From positions 16,339,327 to 16,403,326 of the forward strand of contig NC_052172.1 in NCBI RefSeq assembly GCF_902713615.1: 64,000 nt of DNA, in the 5' to 3' direction. Under the pieces are notes generated by a model that worked only from the letters and a program-made list of their open reading frames with translations, was not told the DNA's origin and made no database searches. Shown in pieces: positions 35,427 through 45,759 of the stretch (positions within the stretch are counted from its first letter, which is position 1; each line of letters starts with the position of its first letter). This DNA is from Scyliorhinus canicula. Taxonomy: Eukaryota. The translations under genes were made by a program, and so were the position numbers.

Positions 35427-37538
35427 ATGCAGACGTGCAGCCACAGCGAGCATGTGCTGCAGCAACTCTGCTCCCAACTGGAGTACGGCTTCCTGTGCGA
35501 CTGCTCCATTGCCGTGGGCGACGTCCACTTTCGGGCCCACCGGGTGGTGCTGGCGGCCTGCAGCTCGTACTTCCACAGACTCTTTGTCAACCAGCCGGAG
35601 GAGGCCTCACAGGTGGTGCTGAGCTCGCAGGCCGTCAGCCCTGACCACTTCGACCTAATCCTGCAGCTGATGTACACCGGCCGCCTGGACTCTTCGCCTT
35701 CCGACCCGGAGCGGTTCAGGGCCTCGCTCAGCTTCCTGAAACTTTACAATGCGGCTTTGTTTCCCGCCCCGGCGGCCGAGGCAGCGCCGAGGGAGAGGCA
35801 GAGCGAGGAGGGGGCTCCCCTCGCCTCCAGCGATAGCGACCCGCTCGTCCTTGGTGCCGGGCTGGACAAGGACCAATGTACGCCCGCCGCACCGCCGGTC
35901 AAGCAAAATGACCAGGCCCCGATATCCATCAAAGCCGAGACCCCGGAGGTTACGCAGGAATTACAAAAGCTACTGTGCCGCCACTGCGACTTGGCATTCG
36001 AGGAGCAGCAGGGCCTGAGTGAGCACCTTCAGAGCCACGCGGAGAAGCCGTGTCACTGCCCGCACTGTGGCCTGGCCTTTGACTGCACCCAACGGCTGCT
36101 GGAGCACGTCACCAGCTGCCTGCCCCCCAGGGAAGTGGAGGAAGACCCGAAGGCGGTGGAGGGTTGGAGCGTCGCCCCCGAGGTGAAGCGGGAAGCAGAG
36201 CTGGCCGAGAGGCCGGGGGGAGACAGCTGCTCCGAGAGCCAGGAGGCAGCAGGCAAGGACGCGGGGCCTCCTGGCCTGAAGTGGCCGAAGGTGGAAGACC
36301 CCGAGGAGGAGGAGCAGGCGCCCCTGGTTCTGGAACTCAGCGGCGTCACCGTGGTGAGAGTTGGCGGGGAGGAAGCGGGGGCCGCCTTGCCGCCCCCTCT
36401 CTTTGAGCAGGCCGAGGATTACGAGCTGGAGGAGGGCGAAGTGAGGTTCCCGGGCGATGACGACCTGGTGCTGGAGAACGCCCGGGAAGGCGGCTTCTTC
36501 AGCAGCTCCGACAGCAGCCTGGACGGCGACAGTGAGCTTTCGGAGCAGACCGAGCTGAGCGAAGACGAGGACACGCCGGGCAGCGAGGGGCCCAGGGCAC
36601 CACCAATGGCGTCCGCCGCCAGAGGCTTTCCTGACCACCACACCTGCAGTATCGTTGGCACGGAGGAGCGCAAGGTGTTGCGGCGGCGGGGGAAAGGGTG
36701 GCGCTGCCAGGCATGTGATGGCTGCCACCCCTCGGAGGATCAACCGATGAGCCAGCTGGGGGCGAGAAAGGCCGGTGGGAAGAAAAATGGCATAGCCACC
36801 CGCTCCTCTTCACGGCGCTGTGTACCAGAGTATCGTGGGTGCCATGGCAGCGGTCAGCAGCACAAGCGCCAGGACCCAGGTTTAGAAAGGATACAGTCTG
36901 TGGAGTGCCGGCTGGCCAAAGGGTCCAAGGCGCCAGCCAGCAGCAAGAAGGGGTCAGAAGGGGCGCCGGGCAAACCCGTCCGGGCGTCTCACTGCAAAAA
37001 GGGCGGCAAGGCTTCAGAGGGGAAGCAGCAACGCCATCTCGGCAAAACAGCGGCCGGCTCGAGGAAACAAAAACGATTGCGCAAACACTCCTGCGAGGTT
37101 TGTGGGAAAGGCTTCCTCAAGCGAGGCCACTTGACTCAACACTTGGCCGCCCACGGCAAGGAGAGGCGGTTCTTCTGCCAGGTGTGTGGGCAGGGGTACC
37201 CGCGGGAGCGCGAGCTGCGGCTCCACGTGGCCACGCACACCGGCACCGCCCGCTACGAGTGCCAGCTCTGCGGCCTGGGGAACGAGCGGAAACACAGGCA
37301 CCTCCGCCACATGACCTGCCACCTGACCCAGGGCCAGGCTCTGTGCCAGGTCTGCTTCGAGATTGTCCTCAGTGCGGCCGACCTGGAGCAACACCTCGAA
37401 AGCCACTTCTACCCCTGTGGGACGTGCGGTGAGAAGTTCAAGCTGAAGAAGGACATGGTGACGCATGGTACCAGCTGCTGGGTAAAGAGGTTGTTGGATT
37501 CTGAACTGGACACGTCTTCGGGTCATCCAAACAAATAA
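35427..37538 (+). CDS. ZBTB1-like: Zinc finger and BTB domain protein, ZBTB1-like (703 aa, single coding exon)
   Basis: Acceptor ttttag|G at 35414/35415 and ATG at 35427; BTB HVLQQL..EYGFLCDCSIAVGDVHFRAHRVVLAACSSYF..FDLILQLMY..LKLYN; C-terminal fingers (RERELRLH..ARYEC..GNERKHRHLRHM..CQVCF..LEQHLESHFYPCGTCGEKFKLKKDM) parallel ZBTB1. Confidence 0.92.
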   Translation: MQTCSHSEHVLQQLCSQLEYGFLCDCSIAVGDVHFRAHRVVLAACSSYFHRLFVNQPEEASQVVLSSQAVSPDHFDLILQLMYTGRLDSSPSDPERFRASLSFLKLYNAALFPAPAAEAAPRERQSEEGAPLASSDSDPLVLGAGLDKDQCTPAAPPVKQNDQAPISIKAETPEVTQELQKLLCRHCDLAFEEQQGLSEHLQSHAEKPCHCPHCGLAFDCTQRLLEHVTSCLPPREVEEDPKAVEGWSVAPEVKREAELAERPGGDSCSESQEAAGKDAGPPGLKWPKVEDPEEEEQAPLVLELSGVTVVRVGGEEAGAALPPPLFEQAEDYELEEGEVRFPGDDDLVLENAREGGFFSSSDSSLDGDSELSEQTELSEDEDTPGSEGPRAPPMASAARGFPDHHTCSIVGTEERKVLRRRGKGWRCQACDGCHPSEDQPMSQLGARKAGGKKNGIATRSSSRRCVPEYRGCHGSGQQHKRQDPGLERIQSVECRLAKGSKAPASSKKGSEGAPGKPVRASHCKKGGKASEGKQQRHLGKTAAGSRKQKRLRKHSCEVCGKGFLKRGHLTQHLAAHGKERRFFCQVCGQGYPRERELRLHVATHTGTARYECQLCGLGNERKHRHLRHMTCHLTQGQALCQVCFEIVLSAADLEQHLESHFYPCGTCGEKFKLKKDMVTHGTSCWVKRLLDSELDTSSGHPNK

Positions 37539-38511
37539 GCCATCGTTGTAATACAGAATCTCCCACTGCATTGTTGGCTTATTGAGTGAGCTGTACGAAA
37601 CAGGAAGATTTTAGGTTTGACTTCTTGCCCTGTTGGTGAGTTAGCCTCTCTTGAACAGGTAGAGGGATGGGGTAGGATTGGCTATGACTGATTACAGTAT
37701 CCCTGCTTCCATGGGTTGGGGGGGGGGGGAGGGGGGTTGAGATCATCCCGGGATTTGCATTTTCCATCCCTGTGAACCTCTTCAGGGACAAGGAAGCGGA
37801 TTGCACCTGGATCGCAGAGCGATGAGACACTCTTATGTGGAAGCGAAGGGCTTTCGGACAGAGGGCATACCCACGTGGAGCTGGAGTGTGGGCAGTTGGC
37901 TGGGGAACTGCCCCATGCCGTGTCTGCGTGCCCTTCCCCGCCACCTGCTGCTACACTCGTACTGTGGCTCTCCTCTCCTTGCCGCATATCATCGTGCTGG
38001 TCCTCCCATCCAACTCCTTGGCTCCCGTTTGTGTTTTTAAATCCCGGTTGATTACAAGTGCATCTTCGGGGCGCAAGTCACCACAGGGGGCACGAGGTGG
38101 GTGATTGGTAAATTTAAAGAGACGGGGCTGAACTAGGGCAGGATTGAATTCGGATGACTGTCCTTCCCCAGAAAGAAATCTTCCAACCCCTTACCCGTTC
38201 ATACAAACTGCCCTACTGTTGACACTATAGGGAAGTGGGGGAAATCAGCCAGGGACCCGTGCGGAGCCTGTATGCCAATGAGGAGCCAGTGGCATCTGTG
38301 GAGGAGGTGGGGGCATAGGGAGACACACACTGGCACAGTTGGTGATCTTTGCCCGATGTCGGTATCTGCTCAGTTGTACGACACGTGGGTCTAATTCACG
38401 GGCAGAGATGTGAAAACACAACTTGAGTTTTTGTTTTTTAAACAGAACATTCATTTGTAGATTTGAGTTTTTTTTAAACATTACTTGTTGATTTAAGGGC
38501 CTTATGTTTGA

Positions 38512-38570
38512 ATTAAAAGAAAAAACTATTCATGATGATGTCTTTTCTTTTGGGTTTTTATGTTTTGAGC
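38512..38570 (+). terminator. Probable polyadenylation signal of the ZBTB1-like gene
   Basis: ATTAAA at 38512-38517 followed by a GU/U-rich tract. Confidence 0.4.
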
Positions 38571-39489
38571 GGAAATATTTTAAAAATAAATTTAGAGTAC
38601 CCAATTCATTTTTCCAATTAAGGGGCAATTTAACGTGGCCAATCCACCTACTCTGCACATCTTTGGGTTGTGGGTGGGGGCGAAACCCACGCAAACACGG
38701 GGAGAATGTGCAAACTCCACACGGACGGTGACCCAGAGCCGGGATCGAACCCGGGACCTCAGCGCCTCGAGACTGCAGTGCTAACCCACTGCACCACCGT
38801 GCTGCCTCGAGCGGAAATGTTGAAGCCTTCAGCTGCGATCTGGCCTGCAGACTTGCTCAAGCTTGACCTTTCCAACCACAGTAACGCCCAGTTGCTTAGC
38901 CCTCCCTGTCGGTTCAGTAATACAACCTCAATCGGTCTCCCCCACATGGGGCTCATTACCCCTTGCACTGTCACGACGGCACCTGCTCAGTTAGAACCCA
39001 CCATTACCAGCTATAGCTTGACTGACAATGCAGCTTCCTCCTACTGTTGCACGTCTTGTCCCAGCCCTGTTAGTGAATATATCTCAACCGATGTTATTCC
39101 ATCTCCCTCATACTTAGTAGGGTGGCACAGTGGTTAGCACTGCCGCCTCACAGCTCCAGGGACCCAGGTTCGATTCCAGCCTCGGTTTACTGTCTGTGTG
39201 AAGTTTGCACTTTCTCCCCGTGTCTGCGTGGGTTTCCTCCGGGTGCTCCGGTTTCTTCCCACGGTCCAAAGATGTGCGGGTTAGGTGGATTGGCCGTGAT
39301 AAATTGCCTTAGTGTCCAAAAGATTAGACTGGGTTATGGGGATGGCTAAAGTAGGGGGTGCTCTTTCCAAGGGCCAGTGCAGACTCAATGGGCCGAATAG
39401 CCACATTCTGCGCTGTGGGGATTTTATGATAACCTCTCCCCCTAACGTCCTGTTTTACAGATTTGTATCCGTACCATCATTAATCCAGC

Positions 39490-41600
39490 TTCCAGGGTAA
39501 GAGGGGAGATGAGAGTTACTGCCCTCGACATCAAGGCAGCATTTGACCGAGTGTGGCATCAAGGAGCCCTAAACAAAACTAGAATCGCTGGGAAGATGAT
39601 TGGGGTTGTTGAAGGTCAATCATCTCAGCTCCAATCCACCTAACCTGCACATCTTTGGATTGTGGGGGTGAGACCCACGCAGAACGTTCAAACTTCACAT
39701 TGACAGTGACCCGGGGCCGGGATCGAACCTGGGACCTCGGCGCCGTGAGGCAGCAGGGCTAACCCCACTGTCTGCACCCCCTGGGGATGTTTGCTGATGA
39801 CTGCACAATGTTCAGCACCATTAGGGGCCGCACGGTAGCATGGTGGTTAGCATAAATGCTTCACAGCTCCAGGGTCCCAGGTTCGATTCCCGGCTGGGTC
39901 ACTGTCTGTGCGGAGTCTGCACGTCCTCCCCGTGTGTGCGTGGGTTTCCTCCGGGTGCTCCGGTTTCCTCCCACAGTCCAAAGATGTGCGGGTTAGGTGG
40001 ATTGGCCATGCTAAATTGTCCGTAGTGTCCTAAAAAGTAAGGTGGGGGGGTTTTGTTGGGTTACGGGTATAGGGTGGATACATGGGTTTGAGTAGGGTGA
40101 TCATTGCTCGGCACAACATCGAGGGCCGAAGGGCCTGTTCTGTGCTGTTCTATGTTCTATTCACAACTCTTCAGGTACTGAAGCAGTCCATGTCCAAATG
40201 CAGCAAAGCCCGGGACAATATCCAGGCTTAGGCTGTCAAGTGGCAAAATAACATTTGTGCCGCACAAGTGTCAGGCGATGACCATCTCCAATAAGAGACC
40301 ATCTAAACATGGCCCCTTGACATTCAATGGCATTACCATCACTGAATCCCCCACTATCAACATCCTGGGGGTTACCATTAAATTGGTAATGTTTATTGTC
40401 ACAAGTAGGCTTACATTAACACTGCAATGAAATTACTGTGAAAAGCCCCTAGTTGCCATATTCCGTCGCCTGTTCGGGTACACTGAGGGGGAATTCAGAA
40501 TGTCCAATTCACCTAACAAGCACGTGTTTCAGGACTTGTGGGAGGAAACCGGAGGGAACCCACGCAGACAGGGGGAGAACGTGCAGGCTCCGCACAGACT
40601 GTGACCCAAAATGGGAATTGAACCCGAAACCCTGGAGCTGTCAAGCAACAGTGCTAACTACTGTGCTACCGTGCCGTCCAATTGACCAGAAATGGAACTG
40701 GACCAGCCATATAAATACTGTGGCTACAGGAGCAGGTCAGAGGCTGGGAATCCTGCGGCGAGCAATTTGCCACCTGACTCCCCAAAGCCTGTCCATCTAC
40801 AAGTCAGAATACAGTCCACTTGCGATGGCTGAGTGAATCTCCAACACTTGACACCATCCAGGACAAAGCAACCCCGCTTGATTGGCACCTCGTCAACCAC
40901 CTTAACCATTCACTCCCTCCACCACTGATGCACAGTAGCAGCCGTGTGTCCTGTTGGAACTCCCAAGGCCCCTTTCAAACCCTCAACCGTGACCACCTAG
41001 ACGACAAGGGCAGCAGACACAGGGGGAAAACACCATCATTTGGAGGTTCCCCATGGTCAACACAGTAGCACAGTGGTTAGCACAGTTGCTTAACAGCTCC
41101 AGGGTCTCTGGTTCGATTCCCGGCTTGAGTTACTGTCTCTGCGGAGTCTGCACGTTCTCCCTGTGTCTGCGTGGGTTTCCTCCGGGTGCTCCGGTTTCCT
41201 CCCACAGTCCAAAGATGTGCAGGTTAGGTGGATTGGCCATGCTAAGTTGCCCTTAGTGTTCAAAAGATTAGGTGGGGTTACGGGGATAGGGTGGAGGTGT
41301 GGCCTCAGGTAGGGTGCTCTTTCCAAGGGCTGGTGCAGACTCGATGGGCCGAATGGCCTCCACCTGCACTGTAAATTCTGTGATTCTAAGTCACTCACCA
41401 TCCTGACTTGGAAATATATCGGCTGTTCCTTCACTGTCCCTGGGACAAAATCCTGGTACTCTCTCCCTAACAGCACTGTGGGTGTACCTACACAACAGGG
41501 ACTGCAGCGGCTCAAGAAAGCGGCTCACCACCACCTTCTCAAGGGGCAATGCGGGATGAGCGCTAAATGCTGGCCTAGCCAGCGTTGTCCACATTGCATT
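39490..41600 (+). mobile_element. CR1/L2-clade LINE RT relic interrupted by four or more SINEs
   Basis: VTALDIKAAFDRVWHQGAL at about 39515 and GMFADDCTMF at about 39785. Confidence 0.85.
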
Positions 41601-42273
41601 AACGAACAAAGATAAACTCTAGTCTCAACACCAATTCCCACAGCCCGTGAACAAGGTTTTAAAATAGGAAAGCACACAGGAGGCCATTCAGCCCCTCGAA
41701 CCTGCTTCACCGTTCAATAAGATCATGGCTGATCCAAGTGTGGCTTCAACACCACTTCCTGCCGGTCCATATAACCCCCGACTCCCCTGTCAATCACGAA
41801 TCTATCTAACTCGGCCTTGAATATATTCAGGTGACCCAGCCCCCCTCCCCCCCCCCACTGCTCTCAGAGAGAATTCTAAAGATTAACGACCTTCCGAGAG
41901 GAAATTCCTCCTCGGCTCCGTCTGAAATGGGAAATCCTTTATTTTTAAACGGTGCCATCCTCGCAGGACAGCACCCCGTCGAGCCCCCGCCTCGCAATCC
42001 TATAGGTTTCAATGAGGTCACTCTCAATTCTTCTGAACGGCAATGAGAGGCGGCTCAACTTCTCCTCCCGAGACAAACCCCTTCACCCCAGGCGTCAGCC
42101 TTCTCGGAATGTTACAGTTAGATCTCGACTGATCCGCATGTTGACTCTTATTATCCCAACTTGGTCTCACGATATTTGGCTTGAGGGAATGGAGGCAAGC
42201 TACTGAACGTAATCGAAGGTGTCTTGTCAGGATTAACAGCACAGCAATTCCAATTCACACTCCCACTGCGAGT

Positions 42274-42279
42274 TTTATT
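42274..42279 (-). terminator. Probable polr1g polyA signal
   Basis: AATAAA on the - strand about 360 nt after the stop codon. Confidence 0.45.
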
Positions 42280-42634
42280 CTTCTGCAAAGAAAACATTAT
42301 AAATTTGATGGGGGTGGGGGCTTCAGTGTACAAAAGGATTACATCTGGGCAGATTCAGCAGTCTGTGAGGAGGAACATAGATATTTGGGGAACAAAGACA
42401 GCGAGGTGGAGAAGCTGCACTGTGATTGCGGAGTTTGTCTGGGTGTGACGTCACACAAGTATTGCAAATGAGAAAATATACATTCAGACCAAAAGCCCCA
42501 AAGTGTTGGATGAGGGTAAGAAACAGCCTGTCAAAGTATACAGCGAAAATGCTGCCCATACTGCCCCATGTACCTCAGGTCACATGGTTTAATATTTTTC
42601 AACGGGTAAAGTCCTTGTGTGTTACAGTCAACCA

Positions 42635-43223
42635 TTAATGTTTATCTTTTTTCTTCTTTTTCTTCTTGTGACCCACCTCCCAGGGCACAGTCTGTGGGAT
42701 CTCGGCCTCTTTGTGTTTTCTCCTTTTCTTCTCCCGCTTTCTGTGTCCGAGCTCCACCGATCCGGTGTCTGAGTGTTCGAAGGCAGCTTCTTCCTGCTCT
42801 GGCTCGTGCCCGCTGACCGCCACCGTATTCGCCCCCTTCCTCCTCTTGGCCAGGGGCTCCCCCTGGTCACCGAGCTCCGGCGCCACGGCCGAGTCGCCGC
42901 GGCGTTTCCGTGGCAGCCGCCAGGGCACGGCCGCGCCGAAAGGCTGGAACCTCAGCTTCAAGCCCGGCGGGATGCTGGGCGCCGGGCTGACGGGGATGGA
43001 GCGCAGCCCCTCGCTCCCGGACGGATCCTCCCAGCTCTCTCCGATGGTGATGCACCCGGCAAACGGTGGACAGCTCTCGCCGTGGCCTTCCTTCTCCAGG
43101 GGGAGGACCAGACTGACCCCTTCTGCTCCGCCGGACGTGCCAAACACGTTGTACAGTTTGTCCCTGTATGTCTTTGACTTGAGTGTCTGAAAACCGACCA
43201 ACGGGATCTTCCTTCCGGAGAAA
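42635..43223 (-). CDS. polr1g: RNA polymerase I subunit G (PAF49/CD3EAP/RPA34), coding exon 3
   Basis: Acceptor ttttctatttcag|T; FSGRKIPLVGFQTLK...PPFAGCITIGE...PPGLKLRFQPFG RPA34 domain; Lys-rich tail ending in TAA; frame agrees with exon 2. Confidence 0.9.
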
Positions 43224-43563
43224 CTGAAATAGAAAATTAGTAAAAACGTATCGAGCTGTTAGGTCCAAGTGCAAATAAAAGTCTCTCTGTTTGCATACCA
43301 TCAGGTAACAATATTGTACCTAGAAACCACCTCAAGTGGATCAGCACATTCCAAAATGTATATGTCAACAACGTACTTTTTCAAGCAGTCACTGTTGATA
43401 TGTAGGAAGTGTGGCAGGCGATTTGCACACAGCAAGATCCCACAAATAACTTGATAAAGACCAGATCATTTTAAAAAAAATAACTGTGTTTGCAGGATAA
43501 ATATCAACCAGGACAGTGGGGAGAATGCACTGCTCTTTGAGCTTGTCACACGCTCTTTCACCT

Positions 43564-43780
43564 TAAGAAGTCTTACAACACCAGGTTAAAGTCCAACAGG
43601 TTTGTTTCAAACACGAGCTTTCGGAGCACGGCTCCTTCTTCAGGAGCTCCTTCCTCCTTCTGAAGAAGGAGCCGTGCTCCGAAAGCTCGTGTTTGAAACA
43701 AACCTGTTGGACTTTAACCTGGTGTTGTAAGACTTCTTACTGTGCTCACCCCAGTCCAACGCCGGCATCTCCACATCATG
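43564..43780. mobile_element. Young Penelope insertion forming a perfect 80-bp inverted repeat in polr1g intron 2
   Basis: Arms at 43564-43643 and 43660-43739; 13-bp TSD gctctttcacctt (43552-43564 and 43781-43793); hammerhead cores on both strands. Confidence 0.85.
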
Positions 43781-44354
43781 GCTCTTTCACCTTGACCTTG
43801 GTTTAACAATTTGAAATGTTCATTCACAGGATGTGACCGTCGCTGGCTCGACCAGCATTTTCCCCCATCCCTAACTGTCCCTCAAGAAGGTGGTGCGGAA
43901 ACTACCACTGCAGGCCGTGTGGCGTACACACACCCACAGTGCTGTTAGGCAGGGCGTTACAGGATTTTGACCCAGCGACAGTGAAAGAACGGTCGATATA
44001 TTTCCAAGTCAGGATGGTGAGTGACTTGGAGGAGAACCTCCAGATGGTGGTGGCCCCAGTTACCTGCTGCTCTCCTTCCAGATGGCAGCGGTCATGGATT
44101 TGTCTCACGAGCACTGGTGAGTTCCCTGTATCCGAAAGTCAATGTTGGGAGCACTGCCTCCATATTTCACCGGACCCATTCCCTTCCCGAGTTAGGGATG
44201 GGGGGGGGGGGGGGGGGTGCAGTGCAACCCGCTGACCAACACTCACAGCTGAGTTGTTTCCCCAAGAGCTTTGCATTGTATTTAACAATGAAACTTACAC
44301 GTTTACAGATGATATCAGTTTCCGCGCATTTCCTCAATCGCCCAGGACACTCAC

Positions 44355-44502
44355 CCGTGGGGATCGAAGTCCGCGGGGGCCTTGATGAGCCAGAGCTCGG
44401 TGGAAGGATCGTTCACCTTCTCTGGCGTGAGAGAGCACAATGGCGCACGTGGGCACGGGAGAAATTCCGAAGGGCATTCGAATTTGGTCATCTTACCGGA
44501 TC
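44355..44502 (-). CDS. polr1g: polr1g coding exon 2
   Basis: Acceptor ttttcag|G and donor GG|GTGAGT; KFECPSEF...DPSTELWLIKAPADFDP, the conserved RPA34 N-terminal motif. Confidence 0.9.
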
Positions 44503-45099
44503 CTGAAAATTGAAAAAAAAAAGACAGACTCAGTAGATTGACAAGAACCACCCCTCCAGAAAATACAGGCAATACCAGGAGAAGCCTTGGAATTGAGGGG
44601 GGGCAAGGGACACAAAAGAGGACATTTCTCATCCTATCAATCAATCAATCCCCCCTCCACTGAGGATTTCAGTCCAGCTCTGACCATCTCAGAGGTGAAG
44701 GTTTTGGGCTGCCCCCTTGCCAATCCCACGGGGGAGGGGTGAGTGTTTTGGTCCATGCCCTCCAACTGCTCCAAGAGGAGTGAAGTTGTTGGTCCATCCC
44801 CTTTAACCGTCCCTCACGGGGGAGGCTGGGGGTGTGCGGGTTGGTCTGTTCCCTGTAACGGTCTCCAAACAAGAGGGCAAGGGGTTTGGTCCGTCCTCGA
44901 TAACCACCCCCATGTTTTGGAGGGGGGGGGGGCGGCTTTGGACCATCCCCATTAACTATTACCAAGGGAGTGAGTGGGGGAGGGGGGATTGGTCTGTCCC
45001 CATTCCCCAAGAGAGTTGTGGCAGGAGGGTATGGCCCATCCCGTTTAACTATCCCCACAAGGGAATGGAGGGGACTGGGTCCGGTCCTTTTAACCATCA

Positions 45100-45716
45100 C
45101 CCAAAAGAGGGGCGTATTGGTCCGTCCCTTTTAACAGCCCCCCAGGTGAGGGGGGGTATTGGTCCGTCCCCTTTAACCGTCCCCACGTGAGGGGGTTATT
45201 GGTCCGTCCCCATTAACCATCCCCAAGTGAGGGGGGTATTGGTCCGTCCCCATTAACCATCCCCAAGTGAGGGGGGTATTGGTCCGTCCCCATTAACCAT
45301 CCCCAAGTGAGGGGGGTATTGGTGCGTCCCCATTAACCGTCCCCAAGTGAGGGGGTTATTGGTCCGTCCCCTTTAACCGTCCCCAAGTGAGGGGGGTATT
45401 GGTCCGTCCCCAAGTGAGGGGGGTATTGGTCCGTCCCCTTTAACCGTCCCCAAGTGAGGGGGTATTGGTCCGTCCCCATTAACCATCCCCAAGTGAGGGG
45501 GGTATTGGTCCGTCTCCTTTAACTGCCCCAAGTGAGGGGGGTATTGGTCCGTCTCCTTTAACTGCCCCAAGTGAGGGGGGTATTGGTCCGTCCCCATTAA
45601 CCATCCCCAAGTGAGGGGGGTATTGGTCCGTCCCCATTAACCATCCCCAAGTGAGGGGGGTATTGGTCCGTCCCCTTTAACCGTCCCCAAGTGAGGGGGG
45701 TATTGGTCCGTCCCCC
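45100..45716. repeat. 40-bp minisatellite in polr1g intron 1
   Basis: ccccaagtgaggggggtattggtccgtcccc(a/t)ttaacc(a/g)t about 15 times, degenerating towards 44700. Confidence 0.9.
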
Positions 45717-45743
45717 CACCCCCCGGGCGCTCGGATTCCTCAC

Positions 45744-45759
45744 CCGCCGCCGCCGCCAT
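45744..45759 (-). CDS. polr1g: polr1g coding exon 1 (MAAAA, phase 1)
   Basis: gcggccATGGCG Kozak context and donor G|GTGAGG; 16+148+589 = 753 nt gives an intact 250-aa ORF. Confidence 0.75.

Noticed and set aside
35435-37571. Overlapping ORFs in the ZBTB CDS (e.g. 35970-36743 on -)
   Set aside because: Codon-bias shadows with no recognisable motifs.
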